From Sinorhizobium meliloti (GTDB lineage: Bacteria; Pseudomonadota; Alphaproteobacteria; Rhizobiales; Rhizobiaceae), in contig NZ_JAGIOS010000001.1 of NCBI RefSeq assembly GCF_017876815.1, forward strand, positions 2,640,001 to 2,672,000: 32,000 nucleotides of DNA, read 5' to 3'. Shown one piece after another: positions 25,677 through 32,000 of this stretch. The notes below the pieces were generated by a model. That model ran no database searches. It saw only the letters and a list, made by a program, of their open reading frames with translations, and had not been told where the DNA came from. A program made the translations under genes and the position numbers. The stretch's first letter is position 1, and each line of letters opens with the position of its first letter.

Positions 25677-27185
25677 ATGAGAGGCCGTGCTATCGCCTAT
25701 GGTCGGGTTATTCGGTCGCTGGGTCTCTCCAGTTTTCAGCCGCGTGCCACGCAGTGCGTTTCCGCCTGTGCGTTAGCGTTCGTGGGCGCCGTTATCCGAC
25801 ATGCTGAACCCGGCTCCATCGGCGTGCACCAATCGTCATTCTCGGCGAACGCTGTTCTGGATGGCCATACAGCAGTCGCTGCGGTACAGCAGATGACCGC
25901 GCAGATAATGACGTATCTGCTTGAGATGGGCGTCGACCCGAAGCTCCTGCAACTCAGCCTTTCGGTGGCACCCAACGATATGCGGTACCTGACAGCAGCC
26001 GAAATGGACGAATACAACGTGACGGCGGGGCTACAAAACGCCGTTCCCGAAACACTACCTGACACCACAATGACACCCTCGGACGAAACCACCGCTCACG
26101 AGGAAGAAGAAAGGCCCCTCGCAAATGAAGACAGGGCCCTAGCGTTTGTCTCTGCCTATTACCAGGCGTGGTCGCTGGGAAATGCGGAGGCGCTCGTGTT
26201 TATGGATCGGGCATATAACGAGACAGTGAGCTTCTACGGGAAACCAAGGTCGCGGATTTATGTTGTCGACGAGAAGGTGAAGTTCGTCATGCGCTGGCCG
26301 GTCCGGGCCTACAACGTCAAGCCGGGCACCGCTACGGTCTCATGCGCCGCCTACTGCGTTGTTGCAGGGATCGTCGACTGGTACGCGAGGCGTGATGTCG
26401 GGTACGGAGTATCATCCGGCTCGGCGCGCTTCCTGATCTCGTGGGACCCCTCAACACAGAAGATTGCTTCCGAGAGCGGTGAAGTGCTGGATGTGGACAA
26501 GGATGCTGTGGCTCCGGTCCGCGTCCTATCGCAGTGGTACGATCAGAATGCTGTTTGCCGCGGAACCGTCGACAACACCGAAAGGACACAGGCGGCCTGT
26601 ACATATCGGGAAGTGATTGCAGCGAAGTTGAAGGCCGTCGGCTGGTGCTACGCGGGCGAAGGCCAGGCCGCATATCAGACGGACTGGCATAAATGCGATA
26701 CCACCGGCTCGAGCTTCGCGAATGGGAGCCTTGCATCAAAGGCAGAGTTCCCACGCGCCGCGCGATATGCGGTGACGGAGCGTTTCACCGGCCGAACTAA
26801 GCTTCCAGATTTCCGCGGGAGAGACCGAAAGTTCAACTCGTTCCGCACCCGAATCCGCAACGGCATGCGCGAAGGCCCCAACTTTGCGGGGCATTTCTCT
26901 GTGATCCAGATTGGATGCGGAACTGGGTGTACCTTTGCAATTGTCGGTGACAATAACAGCGGAAGACCTGCCAATCTCCCGCGCGGCGGTGAGGAAAATA
27001 TGTACATGCAGCTTCACTTCGAGATAGGAAGCCGCCTTCTAGCAGCGCAGTGGCTCGACTATAAAGCCAATAAGTGCTTCGTTGAGTTCTTTGATTACAA
27101 CCGCAAGAAGTGGGAACTGATTAGTAAGCTCGATGTCGGATCGTCTGATGCATGCTACCGGACCGTGGCCGAAAACCTGCGCTGA
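25677..27185 (+). CDS. Mosaic 502-aa protein: 5'-truncated COG3904-like (ClpP-fold periplasmic) segment plus unknown middle and C-terminal domains; possibly a pseudogene
   Basis: The N-terminus ...CVSACALAFVGAVIRHAEPGSIGVHQSSF...MTYLLEMGVDPKLLQLSLSVAPNDMRYLTAAEMDEYNV resembles only the distal half of COG3904-type proteins. No signal peptide. An in-frame stop lies 2 codons upstream. The C-terminus reads NFAGHFSVIQIGCGTGCTFAIVG. The 3' end abuts an IS remnant. Confidence 0.5.
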   Translation: MRGRAIAYGRVIRSLGLSSFQPRATQCVSACALAFVGAVIRHAEPGSIGVHQSSFSANAVLDGHTAVAAVQQMTAQIMTYLLEMGVDPKLLQLSLSVAPNDMRYLTAAEMDEYNVTAGLQNAVPETLPDTTMTPSDETTAHEEEERPLANEDRALAFVSAYYQAWSLGNAEALVFMDRAYNETVSFYGKPRSRIYVVDEKVKFVMRWPVRAYNVKPGTATVSCAAYCVVAGIVDWYARRDVGYGVSSGSARFLISWDPSTQKIASESGEVLDVDKDAVAPVRVLSQWYDQNAVCRGTVDNTERTQAACTYREVIAAKLKAVGWCYAGEGQAAYQTDWHKCDTTGSSFANGSLASKAEFPRAARYAVTERFTGRTKLPDFRGRDRKFNSFRTRIRNGMREGPNFAGHFSVIQIGCGTGCTFAIVGDNNSGRPANLPRGGEENMYMQLHFEIGSRLLAAQWLDYKANKCFVEFFDYNRKKWELISKLDVGSSDACYRTVAENLR

Positions 27186-27189
27186 GAAG

Positions 27190-27397
27190 AGCTCGTCCGC
27201 CAATGCTGACTACCAATGTCGTTGCACGTTTGATACGCGCCGCGAACGACGTTGGTCGTCCGACCAGAGCTAACCGGATAAAGGCTCAGCCCGAACCGGT
27301 AATAAAGCCAGACGGCATGAGCAACGATTTCGATCGGGAAGCGATGGTTCTTGTAGGTGGCGCATGCTTGGACCATGCGCCACCTGACCATCGTCAA
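27190..27397 (-). pseudogene. IS6-family transposase remnant (internally deleted and frameshifted)
   Basis: Track ORF 27155..27397(-) contains YKNHRFPIEIVAHAVWLYYRFGLSL, matching the IS6/IS26 transposase N-terminus (FKGRHF..DII..AVRWY..YGISY). A shifted frame continues GRPTSFAARIKRA...VVSIGG, like later IS6 blocks but with large gaps. Confidence 0.6.
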
Positions 27398-27572
27398 ACC
27401 GTTAAGTCAAAATCAATGTGACAGCACCGGTCGGCGACATGTCCGGGCACTGCGGCGACAAAGAAGCGCAGTGCAAAGGCCGGCCCCATCCGGCGGGGCC
27501 GGCCGAAAGGCAGCCTTGAAAAAGACGGCTGCCAAGACAGGAGGGCAGGCTTAACGGCCTGCCATCCGAGAT

Positions 27573-28550
27573 TCAGCGCGCCGGAAGTTGTCCGATTTCC
27601 TCGCGCTCCGGTGCGGCGATCACTCTGTCAGCCTTCTCCTGGGCTTGCGCCGAAGGCTGGTTGCAACAAGCGCCGAAAACAGTCTTTGCGCGCTCGGTGG
27701 CTGCGGCTCTTTCTGCACCGCTCAGTTCGTTGTATGGCTCCGTCTCGAAAGAGAATTTGCCGGAATCGAATGCCTCCCCTTCGGATTGTTGGGCGACCAT
27801 GGACCACATGGCCGATGTAGTCATGTCTTTTTGCCCGTAGGCGCTGAGGCCGGTCAGCAAGGCGGCAAGCTGGGCGCCTCTCAGATTTCCCTGTTCAGTC
27901 AGATGCACCGCTTCGTTCAGCCAATCCTTGTAAACGGCGGGATCGACGTCGAAGGCCTTGTTGGCAAGCTTGGCTTCGGCCCGGGCGGCATCTACGGCGC
28001 GGAAATCCTCGAACAAGACAATGGCCTTGGCATTGACATCCCCCGCGGCCGCGGCTTCGCGCATCAAATCGCCGGAATTGCGGATGTCTTCCGCGGTGAC
28101 ACCGCTGCACTGCACCTCCATCGTGCGAATCTTGAAAGCGGTGGCGGCGACAAGATCTTCGAAGTTCCTGTCGCCGCTTTTTTCCAGTTTTGCGGCATCG
28201 GCCAGATCCTGGTCGTGATGGCTCCGAGATTCGAAATAGTCGGCGCATCCCCGCGCCAGAATCGCTGCGCCGTAGGCGGGATGCCCTCCGTAATCCTTGG
28301 CCTGCAATGCATATTGCGCCGGATCCAACAGATCAAATCGAACGGGAGCTTGAGGGTCGGCAGCCAACTCCTCATTGTTGGATATGAGGATCTGATTCGG
28401 GATCGCAGGAGATTGCTGCTGGGAAATCTGTGGCAACACCTCGGCCATTGCTGCAATTCCATCCGACTGGACCGCCAAAGCTGTAAGCGATACGAGAAGG
28501 ACGCGCAGCAATTTCTTTTTGCCTGTTGCCTTTGAGTCGTAGATCGGCAT
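27573..28550 (-). CDS. Hypothetical exported protein (325 aa), weak Sel1/TPR-like helical repeats
   Basis: Track ORF trimmed to the ATG at 28550 (AAGGA upstream). The N-terminus MPIYDSKATGKKKLLRVLLVSLTALAVQSDGIAAMA is signal-like. EAAAAGDVNAKAIVL and EQGNLRGAQLAALL are weakly Sel1-like. Confidence 0.55.
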   Translation of the reverse strand: MPIYDSKATGKKKLLRVLLVSLTALAVQSDGIAAMAEVLPQISQQQSPAIPNQILISNNEELAADPQAPVRFDLLDPAQYALQAKDYGGHPAYGAAILARGCADYFESRSHHDQDLADAAKLEKSGDRNFEDLVAATAFKIRTMEVQCSGVTAEDIRNSGDLMREAAAAGDVNAKAIVLFEDFRAVDAARAEAKLANKAFDVDPAVYKDWLNEAVHLTEQGNLRGAQLAALLTGLSAYGQKDMTTSAMWSMVAQQSEGEAFDSGKFSFETEPYNELSGAERAAATERAKTVFGACCNQPSAQAQEKADRVIAAPEREEIGQLPAR

Positions 28551-28626
28551 TTTTTTATCCTTGGATTTTGACGCCAGCCCACTGCTTTCAATGGGCCGGC
28601 CGAAGATTCGAACGGGCAAATGCAAT

Positions 28627-29502
28627 TCAAGATTTCACGTCGGCAGCCAGTTCCTTGGCGTAGGCGGACATATCCCTGCCGTCATCGTTGAAGGTAACCA
28701 GCTTCTTCTCAGCGGCCGCTTGCGCACGGGCCCTGCTATCCCAGAGTTCGTCGCAGAGTGTGGACTGCGTGCGGGTCGAGCAGCCGTTTCTGCGCCATTC
28801 GCTCAACCAATACGCCGCATCGTTCAAGGCGCGCGCGATATCGCGGTAATTCTTCTCCATGGCCAGAAATGCGTTATTTACTTTTGTCTTGTCGTCGACG
28901 ATTTCGTCGTAGTTCGGCTTATCGGTCCTTTTCGCCTTGTCGATGGCATTGTGCGCAGCAGACATTTCGGAATCGGTCTTTTTGAGAGTCGCCTGCGTCG
29001 CCCATCCGCAGGCGCTGGCGGCGGCGGCCACGCTCCCGGACTTGACGATTGCCTTGATGTGCGACGCAGCTCCAGGCCCGTCGGCCGGCTTCCACGCGGC
29101 TACAAAGCCGGCGGCGATAGCGCCGCAAAGATTGGTGACCACAACCTTGGTAAAGTCGCCGTCGCTCTCTCCGGTTCCCGCCGTAATGAGCATATTGGTC
29201 GCGCCAACCGAGCCCCAGCCAGCCCAGCCGCGCCAATCGAAATATTCCTTGATCAGATTCGCGGGGGTCCAAAAAGCGCTCAGGATCGAGTGATCGTCCG
29301 GCGTGACAGCATGCGCCGACCCTGCCAGCAAGCTGCCCGACAACAGGCAGGCACAGGCGATTTCTGAAAGCTTCCTCGGTGATTTTTGCTTATACGGCGC
29401 CTGTGGCAGATGCCACAGTTCTTTGCCGTGGCGCGGAATGCGCTCCGACGTCGACTCCATTTGATCGTTCGGATTGTCAGACGGTGCAGAAAAATGATCC
29501 AT
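28627..29502 (-). CDS. Hypothetical exported/membrane-associated protein (291 aa)
   Basis: Track ORF. KSPRKLSEIACACLLSGSLLAGSAHA is a signal-like segment. A Gly/Ala-rich hydrophobic region (NLCGAIAAGFVAAW, GSVAAAASACGWA) is followed by a helical C-terminal half. The next gene starts 76 nt downstream on the same strand. Confidence 0.55.
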   Translation of the reverse strand: MDHFSAPSDNPNDQMESTSERIPRHGKELWHLPQAPYKQKSPRKLSEIACACLLSGSLLAGSAHAVTPDDHSILSAFWTPANLIKEYFDWRGWAGWGSVGATNMLITAGTGESDGDFTKVVVTNLCGAIAAGFVAAWKPADGPGAASHIKAIVKSGSVAAAASACGWATQATLKKTDSEMSAAHNAIDKAKRTDKPNYDEIVDDKTKVNNAFLAMEKNYRDIARALNDAAYWLSEWRRNGCSTRTQSTLCDELWDSRARAQAAAEKKLVTFNDDGRDMSAYAKELAADVKS

Positions 29503-30666
29503 GACGCTTTTCCAACTACATGAGGGTTTTAGTCCGTCGCTGCTTATAAAGCATTGCGTGCTGCGTTAGTCAACACCCACCGTCGGTCACACGCGCGTCG
29601 TCTACGAACCGACAGACCCCTATCACCGGGCCTTCAAGCGGATCGAACGGTCTTTCGTGGTTATGGAGCCACGCGGCTTACCAGTTGCCTGCCTGCTGAA
29701 AGTGGAAACTCTACGGCAAGATTAAGAGCTAATGCTGACGGAACGGCACGAGAACACGTTCAGTACGGATGTGGATTCGGGAACAAAGCGGCCGAAGAAT
29801 TGCGCCGCCAGCACCACAACGGCGAATTTGACGCCTCGAAAGCGGAAAGCAGAGCCGCGTGAATCATCGACGCGCCATGGGCGCACCTGGTCTGGAGCCG
29901 ATATCTGCTCGTGCTCGACCGATCTGACCACGCCGGCCCCGAGGCGGGACGATGGTTTTCTACATGCCCGGCGCCACGCATGAATTCGTCCTGCAAGCGC
30001 TGGACCCGGAACGGCTCATCCCCAAGGACGCGCCGATCCATGGAAGCGGCTACCGGCCGCTGATCCCGCCAAACACCTGTCAGTTCAAGGCGACTGGCAC
30101 ACTGCCGCGCTGGCGAGACTTCAGGTAATCGTGACGCTATCGTGGCCGAGGAAAGAAGCCACTATGCCCCGGCGCAAATTTCCGCTCGCGCTGGAATAAG
30201 CTGCTTGCCGATGCCTATCCGCTTGCCTACTGAGAATTGCGGCCGAGCCCGCCTATGTGGCATGGGGCGGGCTCGGCCATTCCGGGTGCACCATAGTCGG
30301 CCCTGGTCAAGGGGGGATGCAGGGCGGCGGGCTACGTGGGGTTTCCCCGCCATTTCTCCGACTAGCAGCGTTCTTTCGCAGTTTTGGCTGCGCTCTGCTG
30401 CGATCAGCCACCCGGAATTAGAATTATTCTACGGCAGGTGCCCCGGGGGTCATCGCCGGAGTAGAGGCCTTTAACCGCTCCACCGCGAAAGTGACCAGCT
30501 TCAAGGGGACGGGCATTTCCGGCAAAGGATGGTCGCCCCGACGGCCGAACATAGCATTGGTCAGATTTCCAGCGCCTGGGCTTCCTTGTAGCGGCCAAAG
30601 TCGGCGAGTCGCTTTGCATATCCGTGACGACCCGGCCCCCACCAGCGGCGATGCTCGTTGGCCAAT

Positions 30667-30915
30667 CAGGTAAATATTATTTTCTATCATACGTATTTTT
30701 CCCCTCAGTTTTTATGGCTAATGCCTCAAGCGCGAGCCCGATGATCCGGGGTGAGCCCTGGAACGCGTGGCGCTGAGACGTGTGAGGCCCTATTCGCAAG
30801 GATTCTGCGGCCATTTGAAACCCGTTCCGAGAGCGGCGAGCGCGGCTTTGTATTCGCTTGTTGTCACAACTGCCGGATGATAGTTGCCAATCTGATCGAA
30901 AACAATATTGACATA
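30667..30915. repeat. Imperfect about 24-bp inverted repeat pair bracketing an AT-rich about 200-bp segment
   Basis: The reverse complement of 30667-30690 is ATGATAGAAAATAATATTTACCTG. 30892-30915 is CTGATCGAAAACAATATTGACATA. About 19 of 24 positions match. Confidence 0.45.
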
Positions 30916-31160
30916 GAGAACTGTTATCTCAACCATCGAGCGTAAGGAAGGGCAAATTGAAAGAAATACGGGTAAGGGCAAGCGCAGATGCGCGTTGAAC
31001 GGAGAAGAATGAGGGAGATGATGTGGTGCTGCCTCGGAGGCTTCGATCTGACCCGCTTCCTCGTCACTTCCGCCGCCCGGTCGACCCAATATTCTCGGTC
31101 GCGCGTGGAAGAGGATCCCAGCCTCGGGCCGATGGAAGGCAGGATGCGGAATTTCCTGCA

Positions 31161-31445
31161 ATGAAAGGGCGGAGCATGAGACAGAGTTTGAAAGTCCAGA
31201 CCACGGACATTGATCAGAAGATAGGCGCCCGCATTCGGGAATTCCGGCTGCTGCGGAGCATGTCGCAGGGAGCGCTTGCCGAAAAGCTCGGGATCACGTT
31301 CCAGCAATTGCAAAAATACGAGAAGGGCGCCAACCGGATCTCGGCCTCGGCGCTGATCCTGATCTGCAAGGAGCTTGGCATCACGCCCAACCATATTCTT
31401 GGCGCGTTTTTCGATAATGACGAGGACTCCGGGCTCGTCGATTAG
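31161..31445 (+). CDS. XRE-family HTH transcriptional regulator
   Basis: DIDQKIGARIREFRLLRSMSQGALAEKLGITFQQLQKYEKGANRISASALILICKELGITPNHIL is a canonical HTH_3. The start is the ATG at 31161 or 31176. The upstream part of track ORF 31023.. is rejected. Confidence 0.8.
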   Translation: MKGRSMRQSLKVQTTDIDQKIGARIREFRLLRSMSQGALAEKLGITFQQLQKYEKGANRISASALILICKELGITPNHILGAFFDNDEDSGLVD

Positions 31446-31448
31446 CTG

Positions 31449-31565
31449 ATGCATCAGATCGCCGTGCGCGACCGCGAGCTCAAGGCTATTCAGGCGGCTT
31501 TCTCAGAGAAAGGCCCGCCCTCGCGAGGCAGCGCTCGCGTCAGATTGAAGAGGGCCGTCCAATGA
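31449..31565 (+). CDS. Possible micro-ORF (38 aa)
   Basis: MHQIAVRDRELKAIQAAFSEKGPPSRGSARVRLKRAVQ*. It starts 3 nt after the XRE stop, and its stop overlaps the next ATG (ATGA). Below the ORF-track cutoff. Confidence 0.25.
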   Translation: MHQIAVRDRELKAIQAAFSEKGPPSRGSARVRLKRAVQ

Positions 31566-31660
31566 TCCCGCAATATCGCGTCTTCGCGCTGGCCGTGGCG
31601 GTCGCCATCGGCCTACTCATGCTTCTGATCGTCCGAGCCGGGACTGCGGGTTTGTTATAA
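31562..31660 (+). CDS. Possible micro-ORF encoding a single-TM peptide (32 aa)
   Basis: MIPQYRVFALAVAVAIGLLMLLIVRAGTAGLL*. It has a hydrophobic core and an ATGA overlap with the preceding micro-ORF. Confidence 0.3.
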   Translation: MIPQYRVFALAVAVAIGLLMLLIVRAGTAGLL

Positions 31661-31696
31661 TCGGGCGACCCCGTTTGATTCACGCCCGAGGCGTTC

Positions 31697-32000
31697 ATGG
31701 TAAAGAGGAAACCGCACGATCCGCACCGTTCCCTGCGCGGCGTCGTTGTCGATAATCCATTCTACAGCCGCGCCCATTCAGGGACCGCCGGCAACCCCAA
31801 GCAGATCAGCGCGGTAATCAATACCCGCCAGAGCGCGGTCATCATGCTTTACTCGCGTGGCCGCCTCGATCCCGCGCAGCTGGCCGCCGCAAACAGGTTC
31901 GGCGCCCTTTGGGAAACCATGGGCGGCAAGGGTGCCGGCGCCATCGACTATGGCAAGGAGCCGGTAGACGGCGGCCAGCGATCCGATCCGATCACCGAAC
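31697..32000 (+). CDS. Hypothetical protein, partial (runs off the right edge); resembles DUF6456-type proteins of alphaproteobacterial conjugative/integrative elements
   Basis: Open frame from the ATG at 31697: MVKRKPHDPHRSLRGVVVDNPFYSRAHSGTAGNPKQISAVINTRQSAVIMLYSRGRLDPAQLAAANRFGALWETMGGKGAGAIDYGKEPVDGGQRSDPITE... Not in the track because it has no stop. The family call is from memory only. Confidence 0.45.
   Translation, partial: MVKRKPHDPHRSLRGVVVDNPFYSRAHSGTAGNPKQISAVINTRQSAVIMLYSRGRLDPAQLAAANRFGALWETMGGKGAGAIDYGKEPVDGGQRSDPITE

Noticed and set aside
27447-27460. GGCACTGCGGCGAC resembling the IS26 terminal inverted repeat GGCACTGTTGCAAA
   Set aside because: Only the first 7 nt match, and the orientation is wrong for the adjacent transposase remnant.
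27588-28535. 315-aa plus-strand ORF opposite the 325-aa exported-protein gene
   Set aside because: The minus-strand frame has a start with an RBS, a signal-like N-terminus and more protein-like composition. The plus frame is taken as a shadow, with less certainty than in the high-GC regions.
28541-28560. Run of A (AAGGATAAAAAAATG on the minus strand) between RBS and start, as a possible slipped-strand phase-variation tract
   Set aside because: Seven A residues is short for phase variation, and there is no evidence of length polymorphism from a single sequence.
29554-31161. Track ORFs 29554..29862, 29760..30041, 30142..30474, 30424..30690, 30751..30945 and 30790..31161
   Set aside because: They are mutually overlapping, lack RBSs and have biased composition. 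None has a recognisable domain. They are treated collectively as a gene-poor or decayed region.

Overview
High-GC alphaproteobacterial DNA. Gene content and a RIME/REP-like palindromic intergenic element suggest Rhizobiaceae, but that is an inference. The window has three parts.

(1) 1-13.5 kb is ordinary chromosome. It holds a partial AraC regulator, ribH behind an FMN riboswitch, and an RpiR-headed catabolic cluster. That cluster has an ABC importer, an N-formylglutamate-amidohydrolase-family enzyme, an APC permease, a glutamine-synthetase-like ligase, an aldehyde dehydrogenase and an Fe-alcohol dehydrogenase.

(2) 13.57-24.95 kb is an integrated lambdoid element containing only lysogeny and early genes:
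- candidate attL arm repeats, int, and a BrnT/BrnA toxin-antitoxin pair whose reading frames overlap each other and the start of int
- xis, then a block of start/stop-overlapping leftward early genes including recT
- a cI-like / Cro-like divergent switch, with an unknown gene in the lambda rexAB position
- rightward early genes: a GapR/Rmf-like protein, a GcrA-like protein, a small adenine-methyltransferase-like protein, RuvC and a DUF1376 protein
- no terminase, capsid, tail or lysis genes follow

(3) 24.95-32 kb is lower-GC mosaic DNA. It holds a small Cys-rich exported protein, a 502-aa mosaic ORF abutting an IS6-family transposase remnant, a two-gene operon of unknown exported proteins, about 1.6 kb with no convincing gene, and an XRE regulator plus neighbours that look like the start of another mobile element.

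No CRISPR array, rRNA or tRNA was seen. All functional calls rest on by-eye motif recognition in the translated ORFs; no database search was possible. The strongest candidates for undescribed biology are:
- the repressor-operon accessory gene (19731-20174)
- the brnT-brnA-int overlapping-frame arrangement
- the phage GapR/Rmf-like + GcrA-like + methyltransferase-like gene run
- the low-GC exported-protein operon (27573-29502)
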